Of a DNA stretch of 32,000 nucleotides, positions 1-7,432 are shown piece by piece. Position 1 is the stretch's first letter, and every line of letters starts with the position of its first letter. Source of the DNA: Pirellula staleyi DSM 6068. Its GTDB lineage: Bacteria; Planctomycetota; Planctomycetia; Pirellulales; Pirellulaceae. Where the stretch lies: positions 990,001-1,022,000 of the forward strand of contig CP001848.1 of the NCBI GenBank assembly GCA_000025185.1. The letters run 5' to 3'. A program made the translations under genes and the position numbers. The notes under the pieces are model-generated. The model saw nothing but the letters and a program-made list of their open reading frames with translations, made no database searches and had not been told where the DNA came from.

Positions 1-325
1 CTATGCCGTCGGGTGAAACGGCGGGGCTTCGCTGACCGAGATCAAACTCCGCTGCGTTATGAATCAGCAGATCGAGCTTTGCGAAGCCAGCCGCTCGAAA
101 AGCAGCGCACCCTTCGCGAATCGATTGCTGCGAGGCAAGATCCATGACGATCATAGAGACGTCAGCTTGCGGCACTTCACGGCGGATGGTTGCCAGCGCT
201 GCACCGCCGCGCTCGGCACTGCGACAAGCAATCACAACACGCACACCCACTGCTGCGAGCGCCATGGCCGCCGCGCGACCGATGCCAGCATTGCCTCCGG
301 TGATGAGCCCGACTCGACGCTCCAT
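1..325 (-). CDS. short-chain dehydrogenase/reductase (SDR), N-terminal portion; gene continues beyond the left window edge
   Basis: Hand translation of the minus strand from ATG at 325-323 gives MERRVGLITGGNAGIGRAAAMALAAVGVRVVIACRSAER..., which contains the TGxxxGIG Rossmann motif of classical SDRs. The frame stays open to the window edge. It is absent from the ORF track because it has no stop codon in the window. Confidence 0.8.
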   Translation of the reverse strand, partial: MERRVGLITGGNAGIGRAAAMALAAVGVRVVIACRSAERGGAALATIRREVPQADVSMIVMDLASQQSIREGCAAFRAAGFAKLDLLIHNAAEFDLGQRSPAVSPDGI

Positions 326-363
326 CTGCGCTCACCTTCAACCTGTGCATACCCTCACTCGTT

Positions 364-1317
364 TCACGTCGCTCCCTTGCTATCGTACTGGGCTGCCAGC
401 AGTTTGTGGAGTTGATCGGCCGCTGCGCGAATCTGGCTGCAAGCCTCGAGCCGGGCGAGCGACGTTTCGGGGAGGGCTGCTGCGCCACGAGCTGCCCCCC
501 AGAGGCTCCCTGCGATGGCGCCGATGGTGTCGACATCTCCTCCCACCGCAATCGCCTGCTGCTGCATGTCGAGAAACGGCCGCTCGCGATAGGCGAGGGC
601 CAGATAGAGCGCCGTGATGCACGACTCGGCGGCTGTCACACGGTTGCCCAAAGCGCTGCGGATTTCCGGGGCAGATGGCACAGCGCCGCGCTCGAGCCAC
701 TGCTGAGCAATCTCGAGCCGCGCGCGAAACGGAGCGAGCTGAACTTGCTCGCGCAGCGCAGCGAGGATTGCTTCGTTCGAAGCTCCGAGCGCGACACGAC
801 TTGCAGCGAGGGCCACGACCAGGCTCCCTTCCAGCGCCAACGGATGAGCGTGGGTGATCTCGGCCACTTGATGCACGCGCGCGGTGAACTCCGTCGGCTG
901 ATGTGCTGCGTAGAAGCCGACGACAGCCGACCGCATCGCAGCGCCGTTGCCATACGAACCGTTGGCAAAAATCGCTCGATTGGCCGAGCGCCATGGCTGG
1001 CCGCGACGAATGCGCCGCAGTAATCGGGCTGCCCCTGCACCATAGCCTCGCGACCAACGATAGCTCGCAGCAAAGCGCCGCGCGAGGTCGTCTTGATCGA
1101 TCTGGCCCTGCGCGATGAGCGACTCCGTTACATCGAGGGTCATTTGCGTGTCGTCGGTCCAGCGCATCTCGCCATGCGATGTTCGGCCGATCATCCGCCA
1201 CAACAGGCGCTCGATCGGTCCCCCTTCATACGGCGCGCCCAGCGCATCGCCGAGCGCTAGTCCGAGCAAACAGCCCGCCACCCGGTCGCGGTCGATCACG
1301 GCAGTTCTGCTATGCAT
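364..1317 (-). CDS. ADP-ribosylglycohydrolase family protein (DraG/ARH3-like)
   Basis: From track ORF 364..1386. GLALGDALGAPYEG, WTDDTQMTL and GGDVDTIGAIAGSLWGA match the hallmark metal-binding motifs of the ADP-ribosylglycohydrolase family. I placed the start at the internal ATG 1317 (MHSRTAVIDRDRVAG...) because the full ORF would overlap the upstream gene (stop at 1328) by 59 nt. The start is uncertain. Confidence 0.85.
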   Translation of the reverse strand: MHSRTAVIDRDRVAGCLLGLALGDALGAPYEGGPIERLLWRMIGRTSHGEMRWTDDTQMTLDVTESLIAQGQIDQDDLARRFAASYRWSRGYGAGAARLLRRIRRGQPWRSANRAIFANGSYGNGAAMRSAVVGFYAAHQPTEFTARVHQVAEITHAHPLALEGSLVVALAASRVALGASNEAILAALREQVQLAPFRARLEIAQQWLERGAVPSAPEIRSALGNRVTAAESCITALYLALAYRERPFLDMQQQAIAVGGDVDTIGAIAGSLWGAARGAAALPETSLARLEACSQIRAAADQLHKLLAAQYDSKGAT

Positions 1318-1327
1318 TTTTGGAGCA

Positions 1328-1756
1328 TCAGTTGGCTGCTGCGCGAGGCGGTTCGCCAGGAGTGTTGGTGGAGCGGAGCGGGCCACCCATCAAAAATTGC
1401 GCTGCAGCGGCGTCGAAATCGGCTTTTTTGGCGGCTCGCGCGGCGCGCTCTTCGGGGGTCATGTTCTCCTCTTCTTCCTCGGTCGGACGTCCCAGCTCGC
1501 GCGCCAGGCGATCGCGCAGCTCACGTTCGTTGGCCAGCTGCGGACCGCCGAAAAACAGATCGCGTGGAGTAAAGCCAAACAGCAGCAGCATGCCGATCGA
1601 CATGAGCCCCAAACTGACCACCCCCGTGGCGACCGAAAACAGCATCAGCGCGGCACCGACGCAAACGGTCAACGACATGCCGCCGAGCACCATCCAGACG
1701 GAAGCCTTCCGCGACTTCGGCCGCACCGGTGGAGAGGTGTAAGGATTGGTATCCAT
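1328..1756 (-). CDS. hypothetical small membrane protein
   Basis: 142-aa ORF with an N-terminal MDTNPYTSPP tail and two hydrophobic helices (VWMVLGGMSLTVCVGAALMLF and VVSLGLMSIGMLLLFGF). The C-terminus is acidic and Ala-rich. Competing plus-strand ORFs over the same DNA are Arg/Ser-rich shadows. Confidence 0.6.
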   Translation of the reverse strand: MDTNPYTSPPVRPKSRKASVWMVLGGMSLTVCVGAALMLFSVATGVVSLGLMSIGMLLLFGFTPRDLFFGGPQLANERELRDRLARELGRPTEEEEENMTPEERAARAAKKADFDAAAAQFLMGGPLRSTNTPGEPPRAAAN

Positions 1757-1825
1757 GCGAAAGATTCCGAGGCTGAAGAAGCAAATGATAAGCGCTACGC
1801 GTAAACTTGAGACTCGTATGGCGCG

Positions 1826-2134
1826 CTACATCGCCAGCAGCACCGAGACGGCGCTCACCATCACAGCGACCAGTAGGATTCCAGCGACTAGCACGGTGTG
1901 GGACCAGAACGAGCTACGAATGTGAGAACTAATCACGAGAATCGAGGCTCCCACGGCACCAGCCGCTCCCATGAAGAAGAACCCCTCCAGCAAGCTCAAG
2001 CCCGATTTCCTAGCGAGCGCATAAAACTTGCCGAATTTAAGCAGCGGCAACAGCGCGACCACCACAGCTGCCAGCGGAATCACCCACCAAGGTTGCCGCG
2101 TGTAGTGGCGGGGTTCGCTGGCTTGATCATCCAT
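1826..2134 (-). CDS. hypothetical membrane protein (3 predicted TM helices)
   Basis: From track ORF 1826..2167, which begins at a TTG. The first ATG (2134, MDDQASEPRHY...) is preceded by GAAAGAGCAGAGG. Hydrophobic segments are WWVIPLAAVVVALLPLL, FFFMGAAGAVGASILVI and VLVAGILLVAVMVSAVSVLLA. No family recognised. Confidence 0.5.
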   Translation of the reverse strand: MDDQASEPRHYTRQPWWVIPLAAVVVALLPLLKFGKFYALARKSGLSLLEGFFFMGAAGAVGASILVISSHIRSSFWSHTVLVAGILLVAVMVSAVSVLLAM

Positions 2135-2538
2135 CCTCTGCTCTTTCGTCGCTCGTCTTCCTCCCAACGGACGGGGACTTAGACTACTACAACGAGGGGG
2201 AGAGCATCAAGCGTTTCTTCGTTCGATTTTGCAGATGGCCGCTACAGGTCCTATAAGCACCGTTGTGATTGAGTGGCTATGCGAGACGCAGCTCACCAGA
2301 GCAGTTCGAATATCAGGACTGTGTTGAGCTGCGCACAACACAGCCACCCAGTGCACCTGCATTTCTCACATGGATAGAGAGGTGGCCTGCTAGACTGCTC
2401 ACGACCTGACGATTTCATTCGTGCGCGAGGTGGCTGATCGATTGCGGGGTGGCTCGTAGGGATTGATATCCACCGATGTCTCCTGAGGGGGACTGGTTGC
2501 GATAGAGCAAACCGCATGCGTTCCAGCCTAACCAACTC

Positions 2539-3855
2539 CTAAGTCGCCGACAAATCGCTGGTGGTGAGCTCCACGGCGTGGAGCTGCTTGCCACTCATCG
2601 AAATCCAGCGGGCGGTGAGTTTTGCGGGGGTTTGCGTGGTATCGGCGGTCAGCTGCAAGAAGACGTTCGGAATTGGCTCTCCCCACACGAGCGCCGGATG
2701 AGGAATGTTGAGCGAGGGGATGATCCGGTCGTGCAGCGGCGAAACGATGCACTCGTGCAGCTCGTAGCCGACCCGTTTTTGCGTCGGATACTTCAGATGC
2801 CGCGAGACATGAATGTCGCCGCTGAGCAAAATCACGCCCGAGATTTTCTTCTCGCCGAGGAAGTCAAAAATCGCATCACGCTCGTGCGCATACGTTCCCC
2901 AGTCATCTTTCTCTTTGTTTTCCTTATCGTCCCAGATCATGCCGGTGGCGAGGACTTTGAACGGCGCGGTCGATTGCTCGAGCGCCGCCAGGAGCCACTC
3001 CCACTGCTTCTTACCAACGCACGTTGGCTTCTCGGGATCGACGGGAGACATTTCCGTTTGCGAGAAGTAGCGCGGGTCGATCATGAAGACCTCGACACCG
3101 CCGTAGCGGAACTTGGTGTAGATCCCATGCTCTCCATCGCCAAACGATTCGAGCGCGCGATACTCGCAAAACGCCTGGCGAATTTGAGGCTTGTTCTTCA
3201 CCTTGCCGTCGGTGTCGTTCCCTCCGAAGTCGTGATCATCCCAAGTTCCCCAGAGTGGTCGCGAGCGGGCGAGGGCGTTGAGCGTGGGGATGCGAAGGAA
3301 CTCGCGGTGACACTGGCGATTGAACGGGAGGTCGGTTTTGTCGATGTAGGGCGTATCACCCATCAGCACCAGGGCGTCGGTGCCCACCTCGGCGATCTTG
3401 TCCCAGATCTCAAAAAACTTCGTGCTCGACGCGCACGAACCAAAGGCGAGCGCAACTTTTGCCGGAGTCTCGGGGGCAGCGGGCGTGCGAATCTGGCAGT
3501 GGGGATCGGCCAGTTTGCCGGTCGCCGCCGACTCGACGATTGTCCCTTCGTAGGTAGTGCTCGGCGCGAGGTCGACGACGGTGAACTTCACGCACAGGTC
3601 GTGCTCGGCAAGCGCCTCGGCGCGATAGGTTTTGCTGGTCTCCTCACCGCCACTCGTTTGGGAGACGACCTGCAGCGCGACCGGACCAGGGGCTGCAGCG
3701 CGAAACCAGACGATCGCTTTCGTGGTGTCGACATGCCCCAGCAGCGGACCGATCGGCTCCTGGCTCTCGGTGGCGAGCAGCTCGGCTGGCAACGCAGCTG
3801 CCATCGAACCAGCAACTGTGGCGGCGACAAACGTGCGACGATCGATCGATGACAT
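2539..3855 (-). CDS. phoD: PhoD-like alkaline phosphatase/phosphodiesterase (metallophosphoesterase) with Tat signal
   Basis: From track ORF 2539..3936. The internal ATG at 3855 gives MSSIDRRTFVAATVAGSMAAALPA, a twin-arginine signal. Metallophosphatase motifs present: LVLMGDTPYID, WDDHDFGGND, LLSGDIHVSRH. Confidence 0.85.
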   Translation of the reverse strand: MSSIDRRTFVAATVAGSMAAALPAELLATESQEPIGPLLGHVDTTKAIVWFRAAAPGPVALQVVSQTSGGEETSKTYRAEALAEHDLCVKFTVVDLAPSTTYEGTIVESAATGKLADPHCQIRTPAAPETPAKVALAFGSCASSTKFFEIWDKIAEVGTDALVLMGDTPYIDKTDLPFNRQCHREFLRIPTLNALARSRPLWGTWDDHDFGGNDTDGKVKNKPQIRQAFCEYRALESFGDGEHGIYTKFRYGGVEVFMIDPRYFSQTEMSPVDPEKPTCVGKKQWEWLLAALEQSTAPFKVLATGMIWDDKENKEKDDWGTYAHERDAIFDFLGEKKISGVILLSGDIHVSRHLKYPTQKRVGYELHECIVSPLHDRIIPSLNIPHPALVWGEPIPNVFLQLTADTTQTPAKLTARWISMSGKQLHAVELTTSDLSAT

Positions 3856-4606
3856 GGCTCGCGGCTTTCTCGTGCGTGGAATCAGTGGCGCAGGGGCTGT
3901 ACTCATCAGCAGCACACTGTGCAGCACAGCAAACAATTCTCTTGGCTCCTCGCCCGCTCGTTAGCCCCACTATAACGAGGTTTTCAGCGAAAGAAAATCG
4001 TGACCGGAAAACAGGTCGTGCTACACACCCCTGAAACAGGCCAGCTACGCGCACAGACAACTTACCATTTAGGGTCCGTCGCACTTCATCCCAGGTTGCG
4101 AGCAAACTGGGATGAAAATTTGGTTCGGGATGCTCCTCGAGATGCACACTGCGGGACAAGCCAGCTAGTAGCCACCCGGTTGTGCATGTCACTGTTTGCA
4201 AGACCGACCCCTAGGTCACATTTCGGGGCGCGGAGTTGTCGCTGGCGCAGTTTTGCGAGCCTCGCTGAGGGCGACAGCCGCATTAAACGCTACACCCCCT
4301 TCAGCCCCTCCTGCAAACTGCCCGCAGGCAGCAATCTTCACGCATTCTCGCTGAACTTCGCAAGCGTTAGAGGTCGATCTTGGTGGTACGAGTCAGGAGG
4401 GCTCGGCACGTGTGGCTGCAGGCCGTTGGACCAGCAGCGATGCGCGACGGTGTTGCCATGGAGGTCGACCACTTCTCAAGTGCCCTCGTGCCTGGCTACT
4501 ACTTGTGACAAACAACAAACCGCCCTATCTGAAAATTCATCAAGGGCCTGCCAGTGCGGACGCGATTTCGCGCGAAGTCGACGATCGCGAGTCGACCCTC
4601 TCGACG

Positions 4607-6088
4607 ATGATTCGCGCGTTTGAGCAAGCGACGGGGTGGTCGCTCCTCTATCAGCCGATGCAAATGCCGCTGCATCGCACCATGTCTCCCGTGGTGCTCG
4701 GCGGCGATGGCCAGCCGGTCGCTCAGCTGACGATCGTCCCGGCGATCGATACCGGAGAAGGTTTTGGCGAGCACAAGTTCTCCACCGCTTCGATCGAGCA
4801 TGTCCGTCCCCTTGCCGCGTCGATCGCGCAGCTGCTGAGCGAAAACAATCGTCTGAAGCACACCCTCTGGCAGCGCGAGGCGGAACTTGCCACCGCCATT
4901 CCGGTAAGTAGTCGTCCTTCGACCGAGCCGCAGCTCGCCAGCAAGATGCAATCGGTGCTCCGAAGTGGCGTGGAAGCACTGCATTGCACCGCCGCTGCGG
5001 CCTACCTGCTCGACGACTCCACCACCGCACTCAAGATGCGTTCGTGCGTTGGACTTCCCGAAACGAGGCTGATGGACCCCGCTCGTCCGCTGCGTGGTGC
5101 CGTGGCCGATCTCGAAGCGCTTCTCGGCCATGCCGTGGTGCTCGAAGACACCGACTCGATGCCCCACTGGCAAGTGCCGGAAGATTTTGGCGCAGCGGTT
5201 TGTGTTCCAATCTCGAGCAGCACCACACCGCTCGGCACGCTCTGGATGTTCAGCGAACGGGCTCGCGATTTTTCGAGTGAAGAGACGAATCTCATCGAGA
5301 TCATCGCAGGACGTATCGCCGCCGATCTCGAACGCGAAGTGTTGGTGAATGCCGGGCGCGACTCGCGCGAGCAGAACAAACAGCTGCAACAAGCCGCGCA
5401 GTGGCAAACGGCCCGTCTGCCGTCGATCAAACCGATGAGCGACGAGTTCGACATCGCTGGCTGGACCGAACAGTGCCGCGATCTGGGTGGCGATTTCCAC
5501 GACTGGCTCGTTCTGCCCGATGGACGGCTCGGGGTAACAGTGGCCACCGCTCACGATTCGCTGCTGACCGGCAGCTTGTCGGCCGCTGCGATTCAGGCCG
5601 CCACCAAAGCGCATGCTCAGTATCCGCATCAACCGGCCGCGCTACTCGAACGACTCGGCGAAACACTCTGGACCACTTCCGCAGGGGACCAGTTCGCCTC
5701 GATGGCCTACGGCCTGATCGACATGGATTCGGCAACCCTCGAACTGGCGCTCGCTGGCGACGCTGGTGGATTACTCGTCGGTTCGCAGGCGCATCAGCTG
5801 CTGCTCCCTTCCTCGCCGAAGCTCGGCATCAGCCCCGACCTGAAACTGCCGATGATCCGTCGACCGATGCAGCGGGGCGATCTGCTGCTGCTCTGGAGCA
5901 GCGGCTTGCAGCAGACGTGGCAGCGTCATGGCATGGAAGCGGCGCTCGAGGCAGTGCTGAATACCGTCCGGCGTCAAAAGCGGGAAACAGCCTCGGGACT
6001 GGCGCGGCGCGTACAGCAGCTTCTGCAAAGCTGGAACCTGAAGGTGCAGGACGATCGTTCGCTCGTGATTGTCCGTCGGCGGATGTAA
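4607..6088 (+). CDS. GAF domain-containing SpoIIE/PP2C-family (RsbU-like) phosphatase, possibly catalytically divergent
   Basis: From track ORF 4412..6088. The central part is GAF-like (LHCTAAAAYLLDDS...AVCVPISSSTTPLGTLWMFSERARDFSSEETNLIEIIAGRIAADLE). The C-terminal SpoIIE domain has DLGGDFHDW, GDLLLLWSSGLQQ and QDDRSLVIVRR. The start is uncertain: ATG 4607 (MIRAFEQATGW), GTG 4505 or ORF start 4412, none with a clear SD. Confidence 0.8.
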   Translation: MIRAFEQATGWSLLYQPMQMPLHRTMSPVVLGGDGQPVAQLTIVPAIDTGEGFGEHKFSTASIEHVRPLAASIAQLLSENNRLKHTLWQREAELATAIPVSSRPSTEPQLASKMQSVLRSGVEALHCTAAAAYLLDDSTTALKMRSCVGLPETRLMDPARPLRGAVADLEALLGHAVVLEDTDSMPHWQVPEDFGAAVCVPISSSTTPLGTLWMFSERARDFSSEETNLIEIIAGRIAADLEREVLVNAGRDSREQNKQLQQAAQWQTARLPSIKPMSDEFDIAGWTEQCRDLGGDFHDWLVLPDGRLGVTVATAHDSLLTGSLSAAAIQAATKAHAQYPHQPAALLERLGETLWTTSAGDQFASMAYGLIDMDSATLELALAGDAGGLLVGSQAHQLLLPSSPKLGISPDLKLPMIRRPMQRGDLLLLWSSGLQQTWQRHGMEAALEAVLNTVRRQKRETASGLARRVQQLLQSWNLKVQDDRSLVIVRRRM

Positions 6089-6416
6089 CCTGGGGCCGCT
6101 CGCCGCCACTATCTCGCGCTGGCGGCAGTCGCTACGTCCGTAAACCTCGCAGCAGGAACGATAGGCTTGCCCTCAGCCCCTGCGCTGCTGGGGGTACTGA
6201 TTAAAGCGGCTGTCGCTCCTCCGCATTTTTCCTCAGCTACGGAGGGAAAGCGAAACTTTAGCGCCGCTGGCGGAGTAGTAATGAAGCCTGCTCGTTGACC
6301 CTGCTCGGCGGGGGCTCTAGCATGGCAGATGCTTCCCCCATTTTGCCCCCTCGCCTGTGCTGCCAGTTTCCGCGCCAGCATGTTCCCCACCTCCTTTCTA
6401 TCGTAGTAAATCTTCC

Positions 6417-7418
6417 ATGATCGGTAGCAAGTCCGGCGATCCTGCGATCGATGTGGTCGACCTGCGAAAGACCTATCGGGAAGGTTGGATTCGCCCCAAG
6501 CAGCAGGAAGCGCTCAAGGGAATTTCGCTGCGCGTCGAACGAGGGGAGATTTTTGGTCTCTTGGGAGGAAACGGCGCCGGCAAAACCACGTTCATCAAAA
6601 TCTTGCTCGGCATCATCCGCCGCACATCGGGGCAGGCCACACTGCTCGGCTATCCCGCCGGAGATAAGCGAGGGCGGCAACTGGTCGGCTATTTGCCCGA
6701 GAATCTGCGAGTTCCGCGTCACATGACGGGACTCGTGGCGCTTGAGTACTACGGCAATCTCAGCGGACTCACGACAAGCGAAGTCCGCAAACGGCGCGGA
6801 CCGCTCCTCGAAAAAGTAGGGCTCGCCGTTCGGGCCAAAGATCCGGTGCGAACCTACTCCAAAGGGATGCTGCAGCGGCTCGGTCTCGCGCAAGCGATGC
6901 TGCACGATCCCGACATCTATATCCTCGACGAACCGACCGATGGACTCGATCCCTCGGCACGCGCGCAAGTCCGTTCGTTCCTGGCCGACCTGAAACAGCA
7001 GGGAAAAACGGTCTTCCTCAACAGTCACATTTTGCAAGAGGTAGAACTGATCTGCGATCGGGTGGCGATTCTCGATCGGGGCAATCTGAAGCAAGTCGAG
7101 CGGGTCGAGAACATCACGTCGGGACGTCTCACCAAAAATGGGAGCGCCGACGCGCGAGTTGAGCTGATCGTGACGTTCGACCTGCAAGGTCCGCCAGAAT
7201 TGATCGCTTCGGTTCTAGCCAGCACCGTCATCACCAGCCTGCAGCAGTTCACACCACTCGAGCAGCGCGTGGTGGCCAAGCTGGGAGATCAAACCGAAGT
7301 CGATGCCATCGTCGATCGTTTGCGAAGCGTGGGAGTCAGTGTCGTGGGGCTATCGCGTCAGCGCATGAGTCTCGAACAGCATTATCTCGAGATCGTGGCG
7401 CAAGCTGTCACCGAATAG
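6417..7418 (+). CDS. ABC transporter ATP-binding protein (ABC-2/CcmA-like, with C-terminal extension)
   Basis: Walker A LLGGNGAGKTT, signature-like YSKGMLQRL, Walker B/D-loop IYILDEPTDGLD, and H-loop NSHIL. About 110 aa follow the ATPase core. The start is placed at ATG 6417 (MIGSKSGDPAIDVVDLRKTY), while the track ORF begins at GTG 6357. Confidence 0.9.
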   Translation: MIGSKSGDPAIDVVDLRKTYREGWIRPKQQEALKGISLRVERGEIFGLLGGNGAGKTTFIKILLGIIRRTSGQATLLGYPAGDKRGRQLVGYLPENLRVPRHMTGLVALEYYGNLSGLTTSEVRKRRGPLLEKVGLAVRAKDPVRTYSKGMLQRLGLAQAMLHDPDIYILDEPTDGLDPSARAQVRSFLADLKQQGKTVFLNSHILQEVELICDRVAILDRGNLKQVERVENITSGRLTKNGSADARVELIVTFDLQGPPELIASVLASTVITSLQQFTPLEQRVVAKLGDQTEVDAIVDRLRSVGVSVVGLSRQRMSLEQHYLEIVAQAVTE

Positions 7419-7432
7419 AACGGGGCGAGGCA

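Noticed and set aside
1318-1386. N-terminal 23 codons of the ARH ORF, overlapping the upstream gene. Similar 5' extensions occur in track ORFs at 3856..3936, 4412..4606, 6357..6416, 14877..15020, 15356..15397, 23378..23446, 24023..24199, 24548..24709, 25128..25163 and 27532..27564.
   Set aside because: In most cases an internal start gives a canonical family N-terminus or signal peptide (a Tat RR motif, the CsbD MNWDQIEG start, or an ABC N-terminus). Several also gain a better SD or avoid an overlap. The extensions are treated as ORF-finder artefacts, so exact starts remain uncertain. 4412..4606 is the weakest case, because none of its candidate starts has an SD.
2293-2752. Small track ORFs 2293..2535(-) and 2528..2752(-) in or near the 370-bp spacer downstream of phoD. 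Also an 8-bp hairpin CTGTGTTG...CAACACAG at about 2319-2343 and a GTTCGAAT string near 2304 that recalls a tRNA T-loop.
   Set aside because: The ORF translations are Arg/Pro-rich and featureless, and one overlaps phoD. The hairpin has no U-tract. The GTTCGAAT string has no flanking T-stem, acceptor or anticodon arms, so it is not a tRNA.
4181-4200. Pho-box-like TGTCAC/TGTTTG half-sites upstream of phoD, and GTCATCC...GGTTTGTAG upstream of the second PhoD gene.
   Set aside because: The spacing and sequence do not match the 11-bp-period CTGTCAT direct repeats of the enterobacterial Pho box. The two upstream regions share no common motif.
6102-6126. Short GC-rich hairpins after stop codons. GCCGCCA...TGGCGGC lies after the SpoIIE gene. 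CTGTAG...CTACAG (26091-26109) overlaps the EEP stop. ATTCAG-G-AAA[GGCG]TTT-G-CTGAAT lies at about 20750-20777 after the Kef gene.
   Set aside because: The stems are only 6-7 bp with no U-tract, which arises easily by chance in GC-rich DNA. They may be weak terminators, but the sequence alone does not support a call.
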